IMG/VR virus record: IMGVR_UViG_3300015607_004925
Location: 1-64,000 of that record
Source of the DNA: a virus
Taxonomy: Duplodnaviria; Caudoviricetes
DNA length: 64,000 bases
Direction: 5' to 3' (one strand)
Both the position numbers and the translations under genes were made by a program. Position 1 is the first letter of the stretch. The number at the start of each line of letters is the position of its first letter. Under the pieces are notes generated by a model. That model saw nothing but the letters and a program-made list of their open reading frames with translations, ran no database searches and had not been told where the DNA came from. Shown here piece after piece: positions 8,740 to 17,373 of the stretch.

Positions 8740-9345
8740 TCACGGGTGGTCGATGTCGAGGACTCCGTCACGCAGCCACCCGTGCAAGCGCTGCGGGCTG
8801 CCGATGCCGATGGACGGCGTGCACGTGATGCGGGGCGGGACGCCGGTGCGCGTCCAGCCCGGCCCGTTGGTCGCCGGCCCGTCGATCCACCAGTCACCTT
8901 CGGGCGTCTTGAGGACGAGGCTCTTGCCGTCGGACCCGCGCGTGTTGCCGTACCACCAGGCGTCGTACATGGCGCCAGCCGGCGCCTTCGCGATCGTGTA
9001 GAGGTCGCTGGTGCCGACGCGCAGGTAGAGGGTCTCGTGGTTGTGCTGCCACTTGTCGTCGGGCACGAACACGTAGCCGCACGCGCACGCGTGCGGCCAC
9101 CGCGCGTCGAGCTTGGTCACGTCCGTGACCGCCGGGTTGTGGTCGTAGCGCCCCTCGCTCGGGTCGCGCTGGACGATCTCGGTGTCAATCTCCGCCGAGT
9201 GGTAGTCCCACTTGACCGGCGAGTGGCCGGGGTAAGGCGCGCGCATCGACGTGCACGTTGGCGCGCCCTCGGAACTGTAGCGCCGGAACGAGACTTGGAC
9301 GAGCTGGGTCGGCACGAGCCAGAAGCACGTGATTTTCGATGGCAT
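8740..9345 (-). CDS. hypothetical protein with DUF6527-like C-terminus
   Basis: WTRTGVPPRITCTPSI...HGWLRDG; ATG 6 nt after CTATAAT. Confidence 0.6.
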   Translation of the reverse strand: MPSKITCFWLVPTQLVQVSFRRYSSEGAPTCTSMRAPYPGHSPVKWDYHSAEIDTEIVQRDPSEGRYDHNPAVTDVTKLDARWPHACACGYVFVPDDKWQHNHETLYLRVGTSDLYTIAKAPAGAMYDAWWYGNTRGSDGKSLVLKTPEGDWWIDGPATNGPGWTRTGVPPRITCTPSIGIGSPQRLHGWLRDGVLDIDHP

Positions 9346-9352
9346 TGTTGAA

Positions 9353-9844
9353 TTATAGAGGCCGTCCTGGAAACACATCGTCGGGATAGTTTCCACCTGC
9401 CTCACGCACCGCTTCGACAATGTCTGGCAGCAGATATCGATTGCCGCGGCGGTGTTCGTTCCGTACTTGGCAGTTGCAGCACAGCACGCGAAAACGCGTG
9501 AGGTCTTCCTCGTCTCGCAGCATCGCGTAGATTTGCGTCGCTGTTTTCACGCGTCCGCTCTTCTTTTGTTCGTGTGGAAGAAGTCCGTCGATGTGGTCGA
9601 TCGTCAGGACACGATAGTCCGTTTCAGGGCACGTCGCGCAGCGCAGTCCTCCAAGGAGTTTCATGACCTCAATCCGTGCTCGGTGCGTCGACCGCTTGAT
9701 GCGGAACTTGTAGAGGTCCGGGTCATCGTAGTACTTGCGTTTGACCTCACGGTTGTATTCGAGGCGGTGCCGTTCACAGAACGTCTTGTTGCGTTCGGAC
9801 ACAGGGCGCGGACATCGCTTGCACTTGATTCGTGTTTTGGGCAT
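9353..9844 (-). CDS. HNH homing-type endonuclease
   Basis: CATC..LTIDHIDG ... RVLCCNC; more AT-rich than flanks. Confidence 0.85.
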   Translation of the reverse strand: MPKTRIKCKRCPRPVSERNKTFCERHRLEYNREVKRKYYDDPDLYKFRIKRSTHRARIEVMKLLGGLRCATCPETDYRVLTIDHIDGLLPHEQKKSGRVKTATQIYAMLRDEEDLTRFRVLCCNCQVRNEHRRGNRYLLPDIVEAVREAGGNYPDDVFPGRPL

Positions 9845-9904
9845 AGGTTTTCAGATTTTATATTCCAGCAGGCCGAAAGTTGCTGGGGTTTCTATAATTT
9901 CCCC

Positions 9905-10756
9905 GTGGCCTCCGTTTCCCTGTCCATCACCCTGGCGCGCGTGCTCGCGGATCGCGAAAAAACGGCACAGATCCAGACGAATGCGAAGGGCTTCTTCGTC
10001 CACGTGAGGGTGCCCGACCACGTGGCTTCCCAGCTCTCTGAGGTGCAGCGCCGGCTGATCCCGGACGCCGCCAAGCACCAGGAGATCGACCACGTCACGC
10101 TCGTCTACACGAAGAAGGCGCTCGAGGACCATCCGCCGGAGAAGGTCCATGCCGCGCTCGAGGCGCTTCGGCGCATCGGCGAGCGGACCGAACCCATCGA
10201 GGCCAAGATCCAGGGCTGGGGCTACTTCGACGGCGCGCAGAACGACGGCAAGGGCACGACCGCACTGGTCGCGCTGCTCGACGCGCCAGGACTCGAACAC
10301 CTGCACGTTGACATGGTACGTGCGCTCAAGGCGCACGGCATCGAGCCGAGCGACGCGCACGTCTTCACGCCCCACATCACGTTCGGCTATCTCGGCGCCG
10401 GCGAGCGTACCGACAAGCCGCTCGAGCCGCTCTCGGGTCGCTTCACGATCGACAAGGCGCACGTCGCCGCGCGCGACCTGCATGAGGTCCCGCTGACGGG
10501 CCACGAGAACGTCGGGCTCAAGGCCGCGATGGAGGCGATGTCGTCCAAGGAAGTCGAGCGCGGTCGTGCCGAGGAGGCCAAGGAGCACAACCTTCCGCCC
10601 GAGCTGACCGAGAAGCTCGTGCGCGACCACCTGTCGAAGGAGCCTCGCTACTACACCGAACACGCGGACAAGGAAGCGTCAGTCGGCGTCGCGGCGGCGA
10701 GGCACGCGATGACCCCGTCCAACGCCGATGCCATCACACGCCGGAGGTGCCGATGA
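9905..10756 (+). CDS. 2H phosphoesterase (RNA ligase/Acb1-like) fused to DUF5661-like domain
   Basis: two HxT motifs (HVTLVY, HITFGY); C-terminal GxxEExKEH...VRDHLSKEPRYYT. Confidence 0.8.
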   Translation: MASVSLSITLARVLADREKTAQIQTNAKGFFVHVRVPDHVASQLSEVQRRLIPDAAKHQEIDHVTLVYTKKALEDHPPEKVHAALEALRRIGERTEPIEAKIQGWGYFDGAQNDGKGTTALVALLDAPGLEHLHVDMVRALKAHGIEPSDAHVFTPHITFGYLGAGERTDKPLEPLSGRFTIDKAHVAARDLHEVPLTGHENVGLKAAMEAMSSKEVERGRAEEAKEHNLPPELTEKLVRDHLSKEPRYYTEHADKEASVGVAAARHAMTPSNADAITRRRCR

Positions 10757-11247
10757 CGTATCGCCCCATCTACGTTGGCGTGGGTGAGTGCCGTTGCGGA
10801 CGGCTCGACGCGGCCTTGTATCGATCGCCGGGCGCGTCGATGATGGACCATCTCGCATGCGCGCGGTGTTTGGCGGACCAAGGCGTGATCGTCACACGCC
10901 CCCGCACCGCTGACGATCTCGAGCTGGTCGACGGCGTGCCGCAGTGGAAGACGTCGGCTTCGACGCCGCACGTTGACGCCACGGGCGTGTTGGATCTTGG
11001 TGGTGGTCACACGCTCGAAGCCGTCTTCGACGCAGACGACCTGCTCGCAGGGTGGCTCCATCGACACCCGCACCCGGACGGCAACACGCCCACACCGTGT
11101 CAGACGCTCTGCGCCGTGCGGTACATCGACGGCGTCTCGGTGTATCGCGTCGATCAAGCGGATCCATTGACGCTGTCGCCGGCTGTTCGTTGTCGCTTGT
11201 GCGGCGTTCAGGGGCACGTCGTTCGCGGCGTCTGGGTCCCCGTCTAG
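10753..11247 (+). CDS. Zn-binding protein with DUF6527-like C-terminus
   Basis: CRCG, CARC; DPLTLSPAVRCRLCGVQGHVVRGVW. Confidence 0.6.
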   Translation: MTYRPIYVGVGECRCGRLDAALYRSPGASMMDHLACARCLADQGVIVTRPRTADDLELVDGVPQWKTSASTPHVDATGVLDLGGGHTLEAVFDADDLLAGWLHRHPHPDGNTPTPCQTLCAVRYIDGVSVYRVDQADPLTLSPAVRCRLCGVQGHVVRGVWVPV

Positions 11248-11299
11248 TCCGTCTTCCATGCCGCCGGCACAAGGCGCCGAGAAAGTGTAGAATCAGTCA

Positions 11300-12295
11300 A
11301 TGGGCCTACCAACGCCAACGAGGACGTACAGCGCCACCAGTTTGGTGAATCAGTCCATCACGTATGTGTCGTTGAACGACCTCGTGGCGAGCCTGGGGTA
11401 CGGGGTCAAGAACCACCTCGTCGCTACGGTTGGCATGACCGTGAAGTACACATGCGACGGGACGACAGGGCCAAGCTCTGCGTCGGACCACACCGATCGG
11501 TTGTCCAGCAAGGCCAACTTCACCACGCGTGGTGCGAATGCCACCAGTGCCCAGTCGTTCTGGGTGCTGACGGATGCCAACGGCTCCGATTGGATGTTCA
11601 CCTACCAGGGCGCCACCGATGACATAGCACGCATCTCGTTCTCCAAGGCAGGCTTGTTCACGCCGGCCGGAACCGCCAACCAACAGCCGACCGCGACTGA
11701 CGAAGAAGTCATGACTTCGGCGCAATCGGTCGTCGGTTCCACAACGAGCGGCAACCGTGTTTGGAACTGCATCGCGTCTTCCGACAAGAAGGCCGCATAT
11801 GTGTTCGTGTTCCGTAACAACGTCCTCGTGGGGCAGGCGTGGCACATCGGTTCGGCCACAAGCGCGATCGCAGGCGTGGGCAATTCGTACAGCCCCACCA
11901 TCATCGGTTTGTCGTCTTCCACTTTCGCACCGGCCACGTACTTCAACGGGTCGCAGGTGATCGGGCGTGCTCGTCCGAACATTGCCAGTTCCGACGTTTC
12001 CACGGCACTGCTCGCGGGATTTGAGTGTGTGCCAACTGCGAGTTTTCTGGACGGCGTCAATTGCGAGGCACAGGGCTCGCTTGGGTCGTTGATCTACCCG
12101 TTGAGCGGATGGTCGAACACGACTGGCGCTAAAGGCAAGATCTGCAACTTCATCGATGTCTACAAGGACAGCAACTCGCAAGCAGACGGCAATACGACGA
12201 CAGACAAGAACTGGATCCACCTCGCGTTCAGTGCCAGCGCGGCGGCTGGCGTCCTTTGGCCATGGGATGGCTCATCCGTCCCACAGACGGCATGA
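11300..12295 (+). CDS. putative virion structural/tail protein
   Basis: S/T/G/A-rich beta-type composition, lower GC3, TAGAAT 6 nt upstream. Confidence 0.55.
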   Translation: MGLPTPTRTYSATSLVNQSITYVSLNDLVASLGYGVKNHLVATVGMTVKYTCDGTTGPSSASDHTDRLSSKANFTTRGANATSAQSFWVLTDANGSDWMFTYQGATDDIARISFSKAGLFTPAGTANQQPTATDEEVMTSAQSVVGSTTSGNRVWNCIASSDKKAAYVFVFRNNVLVGQAWHIGSATSAIAGVGNSYSPTIIGLSSSTFAPATYFNGSQVIGRARPNIASSDVSTALLAGFECVPTASFLDGVNCEAQGSLGSLIYPLSGWSNTTGAKGKICNFIDVYKDSNSQADGNTTTDKNWIHLAFSASAAAGVLWPWDGSSVPQTA

Positions 12296-12298
12296 ACC

Positions 12299-13783
12299 AT
12301 GACGGTCTCAGGAACAACCTTCCTCGCAGGAGGTACCTCGCCGTATAGCGCCAGGCTCGCTAGCCGAGTCACCCAATTCCTCGGCCTTCCGGGGGCGCCC
12401 GACACGCGATCAACCGCCGCAGGACCGAACAGAGGCGACATGATTGAAGCTACGCAAAGCACCGCGATCGTCGTTCGCGTCCTGATGAAGGGCCTAGATT
12501 CGGGCAGAGGTTTGCCAGGGGTCGCTTCCACAATCGTAGTCAGTGCCGCAAAGGGCGGGGCTACGTCTTTCACGACCATCAATCCGTCGATTACCGACAT
12601 GGGTTCTGGTTGGTACGCCCTGTCGCTCACCACGGCACACACCAACACGCTCGGCGTGATGAACTTCCACATCACGTGTCCGTCGACGTTCGACAACGAC
12701 GAGCTGTCGATGAACATCATCGCCATGAACAAACAGGACGCGGTTCGTGCAGGTCTGACGGCGCTGCCGAACGTCACCGCGGGCGCACTCGGCGGCCTGT
12801 CTACGAACGCGATCCGTACAGGTACCGCGCAGGGTGCAGGCAACGGCGTCAACCAGATCGTGCTCGACGCCGGCGCGTCCAACCTGGACGGCTTCTACTC
12901 GCGCACGGTCCTGTCGATCGTCAGTGGCACCGGCGCAGGGCAGAGCCGCTTCGTGGCCTCGTACACGGGCTCGACACGGACCGCTTCGCTCAACAAGAAC
13001 TGGGTGACGCAGCCCGACAACACGTCGGTCTTCGAGATCGTCGGTGCGTCGAACAGCCTGCTCACTGAGGGCTTGGCACAGGCCGGTTCCGCCAACACGA
13101 TCACGTTCCAGTCCAACGAGTCGACACAGGACGACCTCTACAAGAACGAGTGGGTCCACGTCACGTCGGGCACGGGCGCGGGGCAGACGCGCCTGATCAC
13201 CGGGTACGTCGGCCTGACCAAGGTGGCCACTGTCGACACCAACTGGAAGATCAACCCAGACGCGACCTCGGTGTACCAGATCCTGACCGGCGCCACCGTG
13301 CCCGTGTCCCCGGTCGCCGGCGTGGCACTGACGTCGGACGTGACCGCCGCGACCGCGACGCTCGCCGCGGACATCACGGCCTCGACGTCGACGCTCGCCG
13401 CGGACATCACGGCGTCGACCGCGACGCTCGCCGCGGACATCACGGCTTCGACGTCGACGATCCTCGCCGCCATCCCGTCCGCTGTCTCGATCCGTGATGC
13501 CGTCCTCGACGCGGCGCGTTCTGGACACGTCACACTCGGGTCGATCGGCGAAGCCATCTCCCTCGCGGCGGCGTTGCTCCAGGGCAACTTCTTCATCGAC
13601 AACACCGACAACTCCAGTCCCAACGGGCAGACCGCCGCGCGCCTGCGGTGTTTTCACACCGGCGCCGCCGCCGCCGCTGCGACCGCGGGCGGCTCGGGCG
13701 AGGGTGAGTTCGCCACGTTCCTCGTGGCGACCACGTACACGGGTCCGAACAAGATTAGCACGCACCGGGTTGTGCAACAGTGA
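12299..13783 (+). CDS. putative tail fibre/virion protein
   Basis: two SGTGAGQxRxxxxYxGxTxxA..W...PD.TSV repeats plus a coiled-coil-like repeat; start may be 12440. Confidence 0.6.
   Translation: MTVSGTTFLAGGTSPYSARLASRVTQFLGLPGAPDTRSTAAGPNRGDMIEATQSTAIVVRVLMKGLDSGRGLPGVASTIVVSAAKGGATSFTTINPSITDMGSGWYALSLTTAHTNTLGVMNFHITCPSTFDNDELSMNIIAMNKQDAVRAGLTALPNVTAGALGGLSTNAIRTGTAQGAGNGVNQIVLDAGASNLDGFYSRTVLSIVSGTGAGQSRFVASYTGSTRTASLNKNWVTQPDNTSVFEIVGASNSLLTEGLAQAGSANTITFQSNESTQDDLYKNEWVHVTSGTGAGQTRLITGYVGLTKVATVDTNWKINPDATSVYQILTGATVPVSPVAGVALTSDVTAATATLAADITASTSTLAADITASTATLAADITASTSTILAAIPSAVSIRDAVLDAARSGHVTLGSIGEAISLAAALLQGNFFIDNTDNSSPNGQTAARLRCFHTGAAAAAATAGGSGEGEFATFLVATTYTGPNKISTHRVVQQ
13351..13459 (+). 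repeat. 33-bp coding tandem repeat (TLAADITASTx), about 3.3 copies
   Basis: direct inspection. Confidence 0.85.
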
Positions 13784-14085
13784 GCACCGGTGGCAGCCTC
13801 GTTACGAAGGGTCTCGTCGGTGGCGGCGAGGCGACGACCCCGACCGTCTCCACGCCTCTTCTTCCACCGCCGTCCGAGCCCGTCCAGCTCGAGGCGGCGC
13901 CGCCGCATGGCACGGTCATGATCGTCGTGCCGACGGCGATCAACATCGTCCTCATGGCGGCTGAGAACATCGTCGACAACGTCAAGACGCGCAACGCCGC
14001 GAGCCTGGCGTTGCCCAGCCTCTACAAGCGCGCCTTCCTGATCGCCTACGAGACCGACGAGATCGCTGTGATCAAGGAGGTGTAG
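13780..14085 (+). CDS. hypothetical protein
   Basis: GTGA overlap. Confidence 0.65.
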   Translation: MSTGGSLVTKGLVGGGEATTPTVSTPLLPPPSEPVQLEAAPPHGTVMIVVPTAINIVLMAAENIVDNVKTRNAASLALPSLYKRAFLIAYETDEIAVIKEV

Positions 14086-14352
14086 ATGCCTGGGATAGAC
14101 GCGACGCGCGTGGCCCGTGACATCGCGGACTTGAGGATCCAGGTCAACGCACTCGAGGTCGCCGCGAAGCCTGAGAGCCTGCCCGCGTCGCTGCGCGAGA
14201 CACGCAGCACCGTTCGCTGGTCGGCAGCCGTCATCGCCATTGCGCTTGTCGTGTCGTCCTTGGTCAAGTACTGCAACGACAACCGGGTCGAGCACCTGGA
14301 GAAGCGTATCGAGGCTCTCGAGAAGTACCGCGCGATACCTGCTCCCCCTTGA
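14086..14352 (+). CDS. single-TM coiled-coil protein
   Basis: AAGGAGG SD; WSAAVIAIALVVSSLV helix. Confidence 0.65.
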   Translation: MPGIDATRVARDIADLRIQVNALEVAAKPESLPASLRETRSTVRWSAAVIAIALVVSSLVKYCNDNRVEHLEKRIEALEKYRAIPAPP

Positions 14353-14377
14353 TCCGTCGCATGTTGGCGGGGTAAAC

Positions 14378-14767
14378 ATGTCCCTCATGATTCGCGTGAT
14401 GGACATAGCTCCGGTCATCCCCAAAAACAAAGACGGGCGTTACGACGCCGCCGAGCAGTGGGCACCCTTCACACTCACGGTGCACGAGCCGGGCATCCTT
14501 CGCATGATCACCACGGTGATCGCGGAGGCGAGCACGTTGATCACGGCGCCTGGTGCGACGGCACCGCCTGTCGTGCCGGTGCCGGCGCTCATCTTCGAGA
14601 CCAACCCGGAGGCTGTGGCGCGGAAGCGCAGCTTCCTGTGGTTGTCGCCGGGCGTCAAGCTGACGTACCCCGGCAAGATCGCGTACGTCGGCAACTACAT
14701 CGACGAGACGACGCGGAACCCGATGTTCCTCTACGAGGTTCTCTCCACCGACAAGAAAGGCATCTAA
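14378..14767 (+). CDS. hypothetical protein
   Basis: high GC3; promoter-like element upstream. Confidence 0.65.
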   Translation: MSLMIRVMDIAPVIPKNKDGRYDAAEQWAPFTLTVHEPGILRMITTVIAEASTLITAPGATAPPVVPVPALIFETNPEAVARKRSFLWLSPGVKLTYPGKIAYVGNYIDETTRNPMFLYEVLSTDKKGI

Positions 14768-14768
14768 G

Positions 14769-15086
14769 ATGGCGAACGAGGACAAGAAGAACGCGGCGTT
14801 GCGCCGCATCGACGAGGCGCCCGTGCGTGCACGCCAGACCTGGCAGCACGCCGCGAGCGGGGGCAGGTACACGGTCGTCGCCGTCGCAATCGACGAGCCG
14901 ACCCTCGAACCTGTCGTCGTCTATGTTGGCCGTGATGGCATCGTGTGGACGCGCCCGCTCGCCGCCTTCCTGGAGGAGACGGACGGTCAGCCGCGCTTCA
15001 CGTGCCTGACGGGCGACGGCCAGCCTGCTGCTAGCTCGTGGCGTCCGACGGACGGCTTCGAGCACTTGCCGGAGGTGCAGCCGTGA
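14769..15086 (+). CDS. DUF1653-family protein
   Basis: WQH..GGRYTVVAVA..E.TLEPVVVY....G.VWTRPL..FLE...GQPRF. Confidence 0.85.
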   Translation: MANEDKKNAALRRIDEAPVRARQTWQHAASGGRYTVVAVAIDEPTLEPVVVYVGRDGIVWTRPLAAFLEETDGQPRFTCLTGDGQPAASSWRPTDGFEHLPEVQP

Positions 15087-15613
15087 TCGCCGTTTCGCCC
15101 CGTCCTGATTGGGACACCTACATGATGCGGCTCGCCTACCTCGCCGCGACGCGCGCGACCTGCGACCGCAAGCACGTCGGCGCGCTCATCGTCTCGCCCG
15201 ACCACCGGGTCATCGCCACCGGCTACAACGGCGCGCCGGCCGGGGTCGAGAGCTGTGACGAGGTCGGCCACCAGATGGTCGAGAACCACTGCGTGCGCAC
15301 GCTTCATGCCGAGTCGAACGCCCTCGACTTCGCCGGCCGCTTCGCCCAGGGTTGCGCGCTCTACGTCACGGTGACGCCGTGCTGGGACTGTGCCAAGCGG
15401 ATCGTCAACGCGAGCATCAACCGCGTCGTCTACGACGAGCACTACGAGAGCCGCTACGGCAAGAGCATGGACGTGCCCGACTACCTGCGTTCCGCGGGCG
15501 TCGAGGTCCTGCGCTTCGATGAGACGCGCATGCGTCGGTTCAAGGCGCTGCTCCTCCAGCTCGACCAGCCGGAGGTGTGTACGACGTACGGCGAAGCGCA
15601 TCCTCGAGGATGA
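15083..15613 (+). CDS. dCMP deaminase
   Basis: ATC.RKHVGA, TGYNG, HAE, PCWDC. Confidence 0.95.
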   Translation: MIAVSPRPDWDTYMMRLAYLAATRATCDRKHVGALIVSPDHRVIATGYNGAPAGVESCDEVGHQMVENHCVRTLHAESNALDFAGRFAQGCALYVTVTPCWDCAKRIVNASINRVVYDEHYESRYGKSMDVPDYLRSAGVEVLRFDETRMRRFKALLLQLDQPEVCTTYGEAHPRG

Positions 15614-15779
15614 CCTCACCACCACGTGCACGGCCAAGCACTACTCCCGCGACACCGGCGTGGCCTTCCAAGAGCGCTGTTTCCAGGAGGTCCTGTGGCG
15701 GCGTTTCGAGGGGTCGATCTCGCTCGTCAAGAGTGACGAGGCTTGAGATCGTAACGTTGGTCGGGTAAACATCGAGGTC

Positions 15780-16175
15780 ATGAACCTGACGCTCGATCAA
15801 GTCCGCCTGGCGTGCGCGATGGCGGCGCACGAGATGAACCGCGTGTACTGCCGCACGCTCGGCGACCTGTCCCAGGAGCCGTGGGACTCCTCTCCGGAGT
15901 GGCAGCGCGAGAGCGCGCTCAAGGGCGTCGACGGCGTCTTCGCCGGCAACGGACCGGAGAAGAGCCACGAGGGCTGGCTCGAGGAGAAGCGCGCGACCGG
16001 CTGGGTCTACGGCCCGGTGAAGGACCCGGCGAAGAAGGAGCACCCGTGCATGGTGCCGTACGCCGCGCTGCCGCCCGAGCAGCGCCAGAAGGACCACGTG
16101 TTCGTCGCGACCGTGCGGACCATGGCCTCGGCGCTCGGCTTCGTCCCGCCGGCGGGGATCCCGGTCACGCCGTGA
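15780..16175 (+). CDS. RyR-domain protein
   Basis: HEGW...K.ATGWVYGPVKD..KKEHPCMVPY..LP.EQ..KD. Confidence 0.9.
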   Translation: MNLTLDQVRLACAMAAHEMNRVYCRTLGDLSQEPWDSSPEWQRESALKGVDGVFAGNGPEKSHEGWLEEKRATGWVYGPVKDPAKKEHPCMVPYAALPPEQRQKDHVFVATVRTMASALGFVPPAGIPVTP

Positions 16176-16516
16176 CGATCGACGAGCAGGCGGAGGCGTG
16201 CGCGCGCGCCGCGCTCGCCGCCGACTTCGATCCGGTGCCCTGGGAGGACGCGCCCGAGTGGCGCCGCCAAGCTGCGCGCGCTGTCGCGCGCTCCGCGCTC
16301 GGCTCGCCCAGCCCCGATCAGGCGCGCATGGCGTGGTTCACCGCGATGTCCGCGCAGGGCTGGCGATGGGACCGCGCCTTCGACGAGCGGGCGAAGACCC
16401 ACCCGGGCATGGTCGCTGGCGAGCTGACCGCCGGCGGCACGCGCCACTGGCACGGCGTGGTCACGAAGGTGCGCGACGTCGCGCGCCGCGTCGGCGCGAG
16501 GATGACCGGGCCATGA
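16172..16516 (+). CDS. degenerate RyR-domain paralogue
   Basis: PWEDAPEW...AW...M.AQGWRW...DE.AKTHP.MV. Confidence 0.7.
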   Translation: MTIDEQAEACARAALAADFDPVPWEDAPEWRRQAARAVARSALGSPSPDQARMAWFTAMSAQGWRWDRAFDERAKTHPGMVAGELTAGGTRHWHGVVTKVRDVARRVGARMTGP

Positions 16517-16983
16517 TCGCCGCGTTCACCGGCCACCGCCCTGACAAGCTCGGCGGGTGGGACCCGCTTCATCCCGTCGTCGGTCGCGTTCGCAAGGGCA
16601 TCCGGGACGCGCTCGCGCGCGACTGCCCGCTCTACGCGATCTGCGGCATGGCGCTTGGCGTCGACACCTGGGCCGCCGAGACATGTGTCGAGCTGGACAT
16701 CCCCTTCATCGCCGCTGTCGCATGTGACAACGTCGAGGCGCGGTGGCCGCTGCCATCGCAGGAGCGCTACCGGCGCCTCGTCGAGAAGGCCCGCGAGGTC
16801 GTGGTCGTATCGCCGGGGCCGTACCAGCCCTGGAAGCTGCAGCGGCGAAACGAGTGGATGGTGGACCACTGCGATCGCTTGTACTACGTGCACGACGGAT
16901 CTCGTGGCGGTACGTACAACTGCCTCGAGTATGCGGCGCAGGTCGGGCGCGAGACATGTGCGATCGCGTGGCGTGACGCGTGA
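16513..16983 (+). CDS. SLOG-superfamily (YspA/DUF1273) protein
   Basis: AFTGHRP, GMALGVDTWAA, RNEWMVD, GGTYNC. Confidence 0.9.
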   Translation: MIAAFTGHRPDKLGGWDPLHPVVGRVRKGIRDALARDCPLYAICGMALGVDTWAAETCVELDIPFIAAVACDNVEARWPLPSQERYRRLVEKAREVVVVSPGPYQPWKLQRRNEWMVDHCDRLYYVHDGSRGGTYNCLEYAAQVGRETCAIAWRDA

Positions 16984-17035
16984 CCTGTGCGCGGCGTGCT
17001 GATGTCCAGGTGGGTGGGTTCGAACCATCGTATCG

Positions 17036-17108
17036 AGAGCCCGGCGGGGATCGAACCCGCGACCAACGGTTTCATCACTCCGCTGCTCTGCCGCTGAGCT
17101 ACAGGCTC
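17036..17108 (-). tRNA. aberrant tRNA-like gene (GAT in an 8-nt anticodon loop)
   Basis: GAGCCTG/CGGGCTC acceptor, TAGCTCAG..GAGC D-arm, GGTTCGATCCC T-arm; anticodon stem has a mismatch. Confidence 0.7.
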
Positions 17109-17113
17109 GTTCG

Positions 17114-17186
17114 CGGACGCCACGGGGCTCGAACCCGTCACCCCCAGGCCATCAACCTGGTCGCTGCGCCCGGCAGCTCGGCGTCC
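17114..17186 (-). tRNA. tRNA-Ile(GAT)-like gene with non-canonical D-arm
   Basis: GGACGCC/GGCGTCC acceptor; CCAGG-TTGATGG-CCTGG; GGTTCGAGCCC; U8 absent. Confidence 0.7.
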
Positions 17187-17205
17187 ATGTCTCGCTTGTA
17201 TCACG

Positions 17206-17277
17206 GGGGGACGGATGGGGTCGAACCACCGACGCAGGATCTTGCGATCCACCGCTCTACCACTGAGCTACGTCCCC
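17206..17277 (-). tRNA. aberrant tRNA-like gene (GCA; anticodon arm refolds as GGATC-GCAA-GATCC)
   Basis: GGGGACG/CGTCCCC acceptor, canonical D-arm and T-arm. Confidence 0.7.
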
Positions 17278-17372
17278 GGTGGCTCGTCGAGGGATTGCAC
17301 CCCGCCCTGCACGCTCTCCCCGGTTCATGACGCCGGATCCTTCGCGAACGGTCGGCACGGGCCGAACGAGCC
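17278..17372 (-). ncRNA. degenerate tRNA-like element
   Basis: GGCTCGT/ACGAGCC-ACC closure; GGGTGCAATCCC T-arm-like. Confidence 0.45.
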
Positions 17373-17373
17373 A

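Noticed and set aside
9452-9904. N-terminal 151 aa of the 434-aa ORF
   Set aside because: It overlaps the antisense HNH gene; the promoter and codon shift point to GTG 9905 as the start.
16980-17330. 116-aa ORF and other ORFs over the tRNA-like region
   Set aside because: The sequence is explained by antisense tRNA folds and codon usage is atypical.
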